NCBI GenBank assembly: GCA_026984135.1
Contig: JALSSR010000035.1
Span: forward strand, 6,529 to 70,528
Direction of reading: 5' to 3'
DNA from: Bacteroidales bacterium
GTDB lineage: Bacteria > Bacteroidota > Bacteroidia > Bacteroidales > JAADJA01
DNA: 64,000 nucleotides
Shown: positions 18,101 through 26,055 of the stretch, piece after piece
Position numbering within the stretch: position 1 is the first letter of the stretch
How the letters are laid out: each line of letters opens with the position of its first letter
Notes under the pieces: model-generated
Database searches by the model: none
Seen by the model: the letters and a program-made list of their open reading frames with translations, nothing else
What the model was told of the DNA's origin: nothing
Position numbers and translations under genes: made by a program

Positions 18101-18551
18101 ACTGAACAAAATTTTTATTGAATTTAATCATATTCTTTCTTCTAATGAGGAGAAAAAGGATTTGGAACTTATCTATCGTAAAAATCCGGATATTGATAAT
18201 CGTTTTATTAATACCGATGTGGAAAGATTAAATCAGGTATTCAGGAACATCATTACAAATGCAATAAAATTCACGGCTTATGGTACTATTGAATTTGGCT
18301 GTGATTTTGACAATGACGGTTATTACAGATTTTATATCAAAGATTCCGGAATTGGAATTCCTGCTGATAAACATATGTTAATTTTTGAAAGTTTCAGGCA
18401 GGTTGATGAAACCGAAACAAGAACTTTTGGCGGAACAGGGCTTGGCCTGGCTATTTCGAAAAAAATTGTAGAGATTTTGGGTGGTAAGATATGGGTCGAA
18501 TCCGAAGAGGGAAAAGGTTCGGTTTTTATATTCACTCATCCTGCCGACTAA
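15162..18551 (+). CDS. Multi-PAS sensor histidine kinase (no receiver domain)
   Basis: About seven PAS/PAC-like repeats (recurrent ...DITERK... PAC ends) precede HisKA (FLANMSHEIRTPMN) and HATPase_c (DSGIGIP...GGTGLGLAI). Confidence 0.9.
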   Translation: MAVNKNDITFWLELFEEGPDMFFIVDVSGRINSVNLFGAGHLGYTKEELTGKSVWKVVYKDDLPYVKSKIAEIIRNKTELGELEFRKITKDGKLLFVHERTKLLLNSNNEVEKILIICRDISERKVTEDKLIEEEEKYRTLANNINVGLYRSTADKNGHFIEVNPALVEMFGYESKEEFMKLTVSDLYMNPEDRAEFQEVISKQGSVKGRKVLLKHFDGTTFPASISTVVVKDKNGKPKYYDGIVEDVSYMEKAQENIRKREEQYKSLFNLSPSGVILLDKSGTIIDVNPAYSEIFGYDIDELAGQKVDMLVHPDFKSEVKENIQRILNGEVLRKVVKSVAKDDSIVYLELFEKRIELPDGSFGVLSIANDITERVLIEKKLKKEHHLSEYYRKLFEGVISATPYPIFFKDKEGNYLGCNNAFTEQLGVTFDEVAGKKVYEIWPDEKSMEYHREDMDLMKNPRKVVSERIIKDKNGNNRTVLFSKDVFYDENGNVAGLVGAYADITERKRIEEELRESEEKYRLIVEKQTDLVVKVDKEGRYLFVSPSYCRTFGKTEEELLGKSFMPLVHKDDVENTKKAIEALSKPPYKVYHEQRALTKDGWRWLSWVDDAVLDENNNVKEIIGVGRDITEIKKNQEAVKLSEQSYKNLFNSTNDAIYVLNEKGEFIDVNKGAEKMYGYPHEFFIGKTPVDLSAPGLNDLDDTFERLVKAFNGEPQQFEFWGLAKSGRIFPKEVKLYPGTYFGEKVIITFAQDITERLKAEEEIRKLSRAIEQSPTIFVITDLVGNIEYVNPAFSDITGYSKEEAIGENPRILKSGKTPEELYKELWETLSSGNEWHGQFINRKKNGELYWESANIYPLKNEAGNITHFIAIKEDITIQKKLEQELIDAKEKAEESDRLKSAFLANMSHEIRTPMNAILGFSQLLADENITNIDKKQFINLIHTSGNSLMNIINDIIDISRIEAGEFKVIKKIYDVDNILNKIFIEFNHILSSNEEKKDLELIYRKNPDIDNRFINTDVERLNQVFRNIITNAIKFTAYGTIEFGCDFDNDGYYRFYIKDSGIGIPADKHMLIFESFRQVDETETRTFGGTGLGLAISKKIVEILGGKIWVESEEGKGSVFIFTHPAD

Positions 18552-18682
18552 AAGAATAATCCTTTAAAATATACCCTGAACCGGTAAACTTTCAAATATG
18601 CAACTTTCTAATTAGCACGTTTGTCTTTATTTATACAATTATATAAATAGTATGATAATTAAACCTGTTTTATGAATTGTAT

Positions 18683-18690
18683 TATATTTG
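18683..18690 (+). promoter_or_regulatory. Bacteroidota-type -7 promoter box TAtaTTTG
   Basis: It matches TAnnTTTG and lies 25 nt upstream of the ATG at 18715. Confidence 0.4.
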
Positions 18691-18714
18691 GCAACTTTTA
18701 CAAATTTATCGAAT

Positions 18715-21700
18715 ATGAGAAAACAACTACTTTTTGTCTTATTGTCTCTGATCTTTTCACTTTCTTATGCCGACGGATGGCGCAAAGATGAAATGCAGGT
18801 AAGAATTCAGGTATCCTCCCAACAGCAGGTTACACAATTGAAAAAACTAAATATTAATTTTGAAATTGCCGATTATTCAACAGGCGAGATCAGAGCTTTT
18901 GTAACACCCGGTGAGTTACAAAAGTTACAAGGCCTTAATTTGCAATATCAGGTTGAAATTGAAAATCTGAATGACCATTTTAAGAATTTTTGGATAACGG
19001 AAGATTCATATCATTCATACCAGCAAATAATTGATCTTGCCGACAGTCTCGAAACGGAGTTTCCCGCAATATGCAAAAAGTACAACTTCGGTACGGATGC
19101 ATCAGGCCAATATGACCTGGTTGCATTAAAAATCAGCGATAATGTTCTAACCGATGAGCCTGAAGCCGAGGTAATGTTTGATGCCGGAATACATGGAGAT
19201 GAAATCGGAGGCCCTGAAAATGTGATCAGATTTGCACGCGACCTTTGCATAGGTTACGGTGACGATCCCACAATAACAAACCTTATAGACAATCGTGAAA
19301 TATGGCTCTACCTGATGGTTAATCCCTGGGGTAGGGAAAATATGAGCCGTTATAATTCCAATGGCGTTGATATGAACCGTGACTGGGGATATATGTGGGA
19401 TGGATGGGGAAGCAGTACAGGAGCATATTCGCAACCGGAAGTAAAAGCATTACGTGAATGTATGTATAATAATCAGTTTGTTGTGCACACAACATATCAC
19501 AGCGGTACCGTTTATATATCACTACCCTGGAGCTATAGGTCAAGCTCTCCACCTGACTGGGCGCATATCTATCAACTCGGCGGTGTTTACTCAAACAGTT
19601 CAAATTATCCGAATCTCCCTTACGGACAGGGAAACACAGGGATGTATGCTATAAACGGAAGTTCTAAAGATTCAAACTATGGTGTTCAGGGCTCAATTTC
19701 CTGGTCAATGGAGATTTCGGATAACAAGCAACCTCCCGCATCTCAGATAATGACTTATTACAACTATAACTATCCTGCAATGATGGCAATGATTGAATAT
19801 TCGGGATACGGAGTGCAGGGTACGGTCACGGATGCAAATACCGGAGAGCCCGTTACCGCTGTTGTTTTTGTAAATGATTATATGCCGACATTCACCGACC
19901 CCACGGCAGGTGATTATCATAAATATGTACTTCCCGGAACTTATACAATTAAAATTGTTGCCAACGGATATCAGACACAAACAATTGATAATATCACCGT
20001 AACATCAAATAACGCAACAACCACCGATTTTCAGCTTGTACCTGAGGACGGGCAGTATGTTTATAAGTTTTCCGCATCTCAAATACCGGGAAATAACGAG
20101 GCTGACGAGGGAAACACTCCTGCCGTTATAGGAGCTCCTGACAACATCAATTATTCCATCGGCAAAAACGGCTGGTGTGTTCTTGATATGCAGTATCCCG
20201 TTATTGATGGCCCCGGCCCCGATCTGATTGTTTATGAAGGAGATACTTCTCCCGAAGGTTTCACCTGCTACGTCGGGGAAACCATTGACGGTCCCTGGCT
20301 GAGTCTCGGTACCGGAAACGGAACAACGGAATTTGATATTGCGGCTTCCGCTCTTCCCGAAGCTCAATTTGTAAAAATCGTTGATGACGGCGACGGCTCA
20401 GGAAATGTGGCGGATGCCGGATTTGACCTTGATGCTATCGAGGCACTGGAGCCTGTCTCCGGAGTTTATCTTGCAATGTATGATTATACTGTTGACGATT
20501 CAAACGGCAACAACAACGGGAAAATTGATCCGGGAGAAACGGTTGACATTATCGTTACTTTGAAGAATAACGGAGACATTACTGCGGAAAATGTTTCGGG
20601 TGAGATATCCACAACTTCACCTTACCTGATAATTGATGAAAGTAACGCCTCATTCGGAACGCTGGCACAAAGCGAAACGGGAGAAGGTACTTTTACGGTT
20701 ACGGCTAACGCAGCTACTCCTACGGGACAGCCTGCCGATATTGATCTCAATGTAACCTCAAACGGCGGGTCATATTCAAATGATTTTACAATGGGATTTG
20801 TCATAGGACAGATACCGGTGGTAATAATTGACCTCGACGGTAACCATAACTCCGGTCCTGCAATGCAAACTGCAATAGAGGCCAACGGACTTGCTGCTGA
20901 ATATACAACATCTTTTCCTTCATCCCTCGATATCTACAGCTCCATATTTGTTTGTCTTGGTGTTTATAGCGACAACCACACGCTTTCCGCAACGGAGGGA
21001 CAGGCATTAGCAGATTTTTTAAATAACGGAGGCTCGCTATATATGGAAGGAGGTGATACCTGGTACTATGATGATCAGACCGCCGTACATCCGATGTTTA
21101 ATATTGATCCCCAGGAAGACGGAAGCAGTGATCTGTTAACCGTAGAAGGTCAGACAGGCACTTTTACCGAAGGTATGTCGTTTAATTATAGTGGAGATAA
21201 CAGTTGGATTGATCATATAGGTGCAAACTCACCTGCTTACGTTGTTTTTGAGAATAGCAATCCCTCTTACGGAACTGCCGTTGCTTATGATGCCGGTTCT
21301 TACAAAACAATAGGCGCTTCCCACGAATTCGGCGGTTTAACCGACGGAACGTCTCCTTCCACAAAAGCCGAACTGATGGCGGAATATTTGAATTTCTTCG
21401 GGTTAAATGCCTCTTTGCAAGCTTCTTTCTCTGCAAGTGCAACCGATATTTGTGAAGAAGAGACCTTAGATTTTACCGATCTCTCAACAGGCAATGTTAT
21501 AAGTTGGGAATGGACTTTTGAAGGTGGAACACCCGAAACCTCTACAATGGAGAATCCCACCGTAATGTATTACAATTCAGGTTCGTTCGATGTTACTTTA
21601 GCCGTTTCCGACGGATCAAATACAAGTACGTTGACTATTGAGGATTACATAACTGTAAGTACTTCTCCTGAAATACCGGCAAAACCGGAAGGTGAAGAAT

Positions 21701-22209
21701 TAGTTTGTACAAACTTACCATCCATGCTGGTCCAGGAATATACTACCACAGGCTCAACAAATGCCAATAGCTACGAATGGTTGCTGGAACCTGCTGATGC
21801 AGGTGAAATTACAGGTAGCGGAACCACTGCAACTGTAAATTATATACAATATTGGCAAGGTGACGTATCAATCAGCGTGAAAGCTGTTAACGATTGCGGT
21901 GAAAGTGATTATTCGGAATCTTTTGTCATCAATTGTGATATCTGTGGAGGTGTCGAAGAAGATAACCTTAATAAAATCAGTATCTTCCCGAATCCCGGCA
22001 ACGGATCATTCATAATTAACTTGAATGAACCGATTAATAAAAATATATCTGTAAAAGTGTACAATTCCATTGGTGAAGTAGTGTTTGAAAAAAATGATAT
22101 TACTTCGGGTCAGATTAATATCAATCTTGGTGAAACTAATCCCGGATTGTATTATGTCATTATTAAAAATGATAGATTTACAGTCAATAAAAAAATAATT
22201 GTTAATTAA
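18715..22209 (+). CDS. T9SS-secreted M14 zinc carboxypeptidase, multidomain (M14 + CarboxypepD_reg-like + CARDB-like + unknown ~200-aa module + PKD + T9SS CTD)
   Basis: The signal peptide MRKQLLFVLLSLIFSLSYA starts at the ATG at 18715 (the track's TTG at 18688 is less likely). M14 features are the HxxE zinc motif (GIHGDEIGG), NPWGRE, NRDW and a later HSG. The PKD domain contains FDVTLAVSDG and the CTD reads ISIFPNPGNGSF...GLYYVII. Confidence 0.85.
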   Translation: MRKQLLFVLLSLIFSLSYADGWRKDEMQVRIQVSSQQQVTQLKKLNINFEIADYSTGEIRAFVTPGELQKLQGLNLQYQVEIENLNDHFKNFWITEDSYHSYQQIIDLADSLETEFPAICKKYNFGTDASGQYDLVALKISDNVLTDEPEAEVMFDAGIHGDEIGGPENVIRFARDLCIGYGDDPTITNLIDNREIWLYLMVNPWGRENMSRYNSNGVDMNRDWGYMWDGWGSSTGAYSQPEVKALRECMYNNQFVVHTTYHSGTVYISLPWSYRSSSPPDWAHIYQLGGVYSNSSNYPNLPYGQGNTGMYAINGSSKDSNYGVQGSISWSMEISDNKQPPASQIMTYYNYNYPAMMAMIEYSGYGVQGTVTDANTGEPVTAVVFVNDYMPTFTDPTAGDYHKYVLPGTYTIKIVANGYQTQTIDNITVTSNNATTTDFQLVPEDGQYVYKFSASQIPGNNEADEGNTPAVIGAPDNINYSIGKNGWCVLDMQYPVIDGPGPDLIVYEGDTSPEGFTCYVGETIDGPWLSLGTGNGTTEFDIAASALPEAQFVKIVDDGDGSGNVADAGFDLDAIEALEPVSGVYLAMYDYTVDDSNGNNNGKIDPGETVDIIVTLKNNGDITAENVSGEISTTSPYLIIDESNASFGTLAQSETGEGTFTVTANAATPTGQPADIDLNVTSNGGSYSNDFTMGFVIGQIPVVIIDLDGNHNSGPAMQTAIEANGLAAEYTTSFPSSLDIYSSIFVCLGVYSDNHTLSATEGQALADFLNNGGSLYMEGGDTWYYDDQTAVHPMFNIDPQEDGSSDLLTVEGQTGTFTEGMSFNYSGDNSWIDHIGANSPAYVVFENSNPSYGTAVAYDAGSYKTIGASHEFGGLTDGTSPSTKAELMAEYLNFFGLNASLQASFSASATDICEEETLDFTDLSTGNVISWEWTFEGGTPETSTMENPTVMYYNSGSFDVTLAVSDGSNTSTLTIEDYITVSTSPEIPAKPEGEELVCTNLPSMLVQEYTTTGSTNANSYEWLLEPADAGEITGSGTTATVNYIQYWQGDVSISVKAVNDCGESDYSESFVINCDICGGVEEDNLNKISIFPNPGNGSFIINLNEPINKNISVKVYNSIGEVVFEKNDITSGQININLGETNPGLYYVIIKNDRFTVNKKIIVN

Positions 22210-22275
22210 TATTACAGACTAAGATTAAGTGGTAAAGAAAAGTCACGAATTTTCTTTATCCTAAAAAAAAAATTT

Positions 22276-25200
22276 ATGAAAAAGCTATATCTGTTAACTA
22301 CACTGATTACGATTTTCTTTACTGTTAATGCTGAAAACATCAGATATCCCGATCACTGGGGGAAACAAGGATTATCTGTGGTTTCACAAAACAGTAATTC
22401 CGTAACAATCAATTTTTCAATTGAATCATTTGGTATTTCAAACAAACTGCTCAACGGGAAAACGGTTCAGGAAATATCCCTGTCCGGTGTTTTTCTTCCC
22501 GGGACAGAGGGAGCACCAAATCTTCCGGCAATGAGCCGTTTTATTGCAATTCCCGAAGGAGCAAATGCAGAACTGGCAATTATCAGCTTCAGAAAGGAAA
22601 TTTTTGAGAATGTTGATATTGAACCTTCACCGGTAATTCCCTGGGACACCGAAGAAGGACCGCTGAAGTACAAAAAAGATTATGAGATTTACTCTGAGGA
22701 TGCTTTTTATCCTGATAATCCGTTTCAACTTTCGGAAAGGACGGAATTGAGAGGAGTGGATGCCGTTATTTTGGGAATAACTCCGTTTCAATATAATCCG
22801 GTTACAAAACAGTTAATTGTTTATCGCGATTTAAAGGTTATGATTTCGTTTAAAGGAGGAAATGGTAATTTTGGTGATGACCGGTTAAGAAGTCGTTGGT
22901 GGGATCCCATTCTCAGAGATGCTTTCCTGAACGAAAGTTCAATCCCTGCTATTGATTATAACAAATTGTCATCGGGTAAGGATGAAACAGGTTGTGAATA
23001 CCTTATAATAACTCCTAACGGAGCTGAGTTTCAGCAGTGGGCTGATTCTTTGAAGGTTTTCCGTACAAATCAGGGCATCCTCACAAAAGTTGTTACTCTT
23101 GATGAAATTGGAGGTAACAATGTCAACACAATTGAGAATTATTTGAATGATGCATATAATACGTGGGATATTCCACCGGCAGCCTGCCTTATAATGGCTG
23201 ACTTCGGTACTAATCCCGAGAACAGGATAATTGCACCAATCTGGGATAATTATTGTGCTTCGGATAATATATGGGGAGATGTCAACAACAATAATCTTCC
23301 GGATATTGTGATGGCAAGGATGACCGCTCAAAATGCGGAACAGTTGGAAACTATGGTTACAAAGGTTATTGATTATGAAAGAAATCCGCCATCTTCAGAG
23401 TATTTTTACATGCACCCTGTTACAGCACTGGGATTTCAAACGGAAAGATGGTTTCAAATATGTTCTGAGGCAGTAGCAGGATTTTGGGAAAATGAACTGG
23501 GAAAAGAGACCGTTAGAATCAATAAGACCTATCAGGGAAATCCTATGACTGATCCCTGGTCAACGGCATCTAACACAGGAGTAGTCTTAAATGTTTTCGG
23601 GCCTAACGGTCTCGGGTATATACCTTCTGCCCCTGCACAGGTCGGTTGTACATGGAGCGGAAGCGCCGGTGATGTTACAGACGCCATTAATGCGGGTTCT
23701 TTTATGCTTCAACACCGTGATCACGGTGGTGAAACCGGATGGGGAGAACCCTCTTTTCACAGTAGTGATATCAGCAGCCTGACGAATACTGATTTAACAT
23801 TCATCTGGTCGGTTAACTGCCTGACCGGCAAATATAACCTGTCGGGTGAATGCTTTGCCGAAAAGTTTCACAGATATAAATATAACGGACAAAATGCAGG
23901 TTGTAACGGAATTGTTGCTGCTTCGGAGGTTTCCTATTCTTTTGTTAACGACACATATGTGTGGGGAGCCTATGATAATATGTGGCCTGACTTTCTGCCA
24001 CAATATGGCAGTAATCCTGAATACAGAGGGATATTGCCTGCCTTTGCCAATGCAGCAGGAAAAATATTCCTGTGGCAGTCAAGTTGGCCTGCAAATCCTG
24101 ATAATAAAGAGGTAACCGTTAATCTTTTCCATCTTCATGGAGATGCCTTTATGACTGTATATTCCGAAATGCCGCAGGAACTTACCGTTCTGCAAAATGA
24201 AGTATTACTTGGAGGACAGTCATTTATAACAATTACGGCGGATACGGCAGCATTAATAGGAATAACACTCAATGGCGAACTGATTGGCTCGGCAATTGCA
24301 ACTGGTGAGCCAATTGATATTCCCATACAGCCACTGACACCCGGAGAAGAGATTCTCGTGACGGTTACTAAACAAAACTTTTTCAGATACGAGCAATCCG
24401 TTGAGGTCGTGTCTCCCGATATTCCGTATGTCGTTTATAAATCGCATACTCTTAATGATGAGGCCGGAAACAATGATGGGAAAATGGATTATGGTGAGAC
24501 GATCATGCTTACTGTAGAACTTCAGAATATCGGATTGGTTCAGGCAGATAATGTATCTGCTACATTGAGTGCTGATAATGAATATGTTGAAATTACCGAT
24601 GGCTCTGAGGTTTATGGGAATATGACGGCTAATGCAACAATATCCATGACTGATGCTTTTGCTTTTAATGTGGCTAATGACATTCCCGATGATCAAAATA
24701 TTGTTTTTACCCTTGAAGCGACTGATGGTGCGGAGATATGGACAAGTCATATTGTCTTAAAATCGCATGCTCCCATACTTGAATTCATTGATTTTTCTGT
24801 TTCCGATGCTTCCGGAAATAATAACGGACGGATTGAACCGGGTGAAACCGGTGAGATAACGGTAACAGTTGGGAACAACGGCTCTTCCGATGCATTAAAT
24901 GTCATTGGCGAACTTATCAGCAATAATGAATATATTGAAGTTACTAACTCTTCACAATCATACGGAACGCTTTCCGGAAATTTAGTTGTTCAGAAAACAT
25001 ATACTATCACTGCCGACCCGGATACACCCGAAGGTTTTCAGTCTGTTTTCGATTTTAATATTTCAGCCGATTTGGGAATAACCGGATTTGGTGATTTTTA
25101 TATTGTTATTGGCAGATATACTGCCCTTATCCTTGATCTGGATACCAAGAATTACTCCGGCCCCGGAATTTATGAGACATTTAATGACATGGATATATTT

Positions 25201-26025
25201 TCAGAATATACCACGGAGTTTCCTGATGACCTTAATCTGTATAAAAATATCTTTGTGTGTTTAGGCATCCATTTTACAGGACATACATTAACAAATAGTG
25301 AAGGTAATAAACTCAAAGAATATCTCTTAAACGGCGGAAACCTTTATATGGAGGGAAGAATTACCTGGTCTGAAGATCCTGCAACACCTGTGCATCCCTA
25401 TTTTAATATAGCTTCTCAGGATACATCGTGGTTTCAGTATGAGTTCATTCAGGGAATAGAGGGAACATTTACCGGTGGAGTTAATTTTGAATACGATGGT
25501 GAAAATGCTATCGGTCACTATGCTTTAGCTCCTGAAGGTAATGCCTTTGCCGTTTTTCAAACTCAGGAACCGGAATATATTTGCGGAATTGCCAATGATG
25601 CCGGGGACTACAAAACAATAGGAACCTCATTCGAATTCGGGAAGATGCTGGACGGAGAGTCACCTTCGACAAGGGTTGAGCTTATGCAACAGGTACTGAA
25701 CTGGTTTGACGGTATGGTAACCGGAAATGAAATAGCAGATAATATAAGTTCGGACAAAAGTATGTCGGTTTTCCCCAATCCTTTTAACACTGAAACGACC
25801 ATTAGTATCGAATTGCAATCGGGCTCTGATGCCACACTGAAGATTATAAACAGTGAGGGACAGGAAATACGGACACTGATTGATAATAAAACTCTTTCAT
25901 CCGGAAAAACAGATGTAACCTGGGACGCTAAAAACCGTTATGGTAAGGATGTCCCTCCGGGATTATACTTCGGAATTCTTACAACGGATTCAAAGACAGA
26001 AATATTAAAACTTATAATTCAATAA
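22276..26025 (+). CDS. T9SS-secreted gingipain-like C25 cysteine peptidase (paralog 1)
   Basis: It has a C25-like layout: a propeptide region, ...ACLIMADFG...ASDNIWGDV...PDIVMARM, a His motif MLQHRDHGGETGWGEP and a Cys motif FIWSVNCLTGKYN. This is followed by CARDB-like domains, the shared ~200-aa module, and the CTD (SVFPNPFNTETTI...GLYFGIL). Confidence 0.8.
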   Translation: MKKLYLLTTLITIFFTVNAENIRYPDHWGKQGLSVVSQNSNSVTINFSIESFGISNKLLNGKTVQEISLSGVFLPGTEGAPNLPAMSRFIAIPEGANAELAIISFRKEIFENVDIEPSPVIPWDTEEGPLKYKKDYEIYSEDAFYPDNPFQLSERTELRGVDAVILGITPFQYNPVTKQLIVYRDLKVMISFKGGNGNFGDDRLRSRWWDPILRDAFLNESSIPAIDYNKLSSGKDETGCEYLIITPNGAEFQQWADSLKVFRTNQGILTKVVTLDEIGGNNVNTIENYLNDAYNTWDIPPAACLIMADFGTNPENRIIAPIWDNYCASDNIWGDVNNNNLPDIVMARMTAQNAEQLETMVTKVIDYERNPPSSEYFYMHPVTALGFQTERWFQICSEAVAGFWENELGKETVRINKTYQGNPMTDPWSTASNTGVVLNVFGPNGLGYIPSAPAQVGCTWSGSAGDVTDAINAGSFMLQHRDHGGETGWGEPSFHSSDISSLTNTDLTFIWSVNCLTGKYNLSGECFAEKFHRYKYNGQNAGCNGIVAASEVSYSFVNDTYVWGAYDNMWPDFLPQYGSNPEYRGILPAFANAAGKIFLWQSSWPANPDNKEVTVNLFHLHGDAFMTVYSEMPQELTVLQNEVLLGGQSFITITADTAALIGITLNGELIGSAIATGEPIDIPIQPLTPGEEILVTVTKQNFFRYEQSVEVVSPDIPYVVYKSHTLNDEAGNNDGKMDYGETIMLTVELQNIGLVQADNVSATLSADNEYVEITDGSEVYGNMTANATISMTDAFAFNVANDIPDDQNIVFTLEATDGAEIWTSHIVLKSHAPILEFIDFSVSDASGNNNGRIEPGETGEITVTVGNNGSSDALNVIGELISNNEYIEVTNSSQSYGTLSGNLVVQKTYTITADPDTPEGFQSVFDFNISADLGITGFGDFYIVIGRYTALILDLDTKNYSGPGIYETFNDMDIFSEYTTEFPDDLNLYKNIFVCLGIHFTGHTLTNSEGNKLKEYLLNGGNLYMEGRITWSEDPATPVHPYFNIASQDTSWFQYEFIQGIEGTFTGGVNFEYDGENAIGHYALAPEGNAFAVFQTQEPEYICGIANDAGDYKTIGTSFEFGKMLDGESPSTRVELMQQVLNWFDGMVTGNEIADNISSDKSMSVFPNPFNTETTISIELQSGSDATLKIINSEGQEIRTLIDNKTLSSGKTDVTWDAKNRYGKDVPPGLYFGILTTDSKTEILKLIIQ

Positions 26026-26055
26026 ATAAATACAAATAATTTCAACTTTGTAACT

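Noticed and set aside
19011-21560. Numerous 60-165 aa ORFs antisense to or out of frame with the large peptidase genes, and similar ones inside 22276..30384, 32243..35170, 44169..46472 and elsewhere
   Set aside because: They are shadow ORFs inside long, confidently coding genes. None has independent signals or recognisable motifs.
22225-22262. AT-rich hairpin AAAGAAAAGTCACGAATTTTCTTT between the M14 and first C25 genes as a terminator
   Set aside because: The stem consists only of A-T pairs with no clear U-run, and the genes are probably co-transcribed, so I did not call it.
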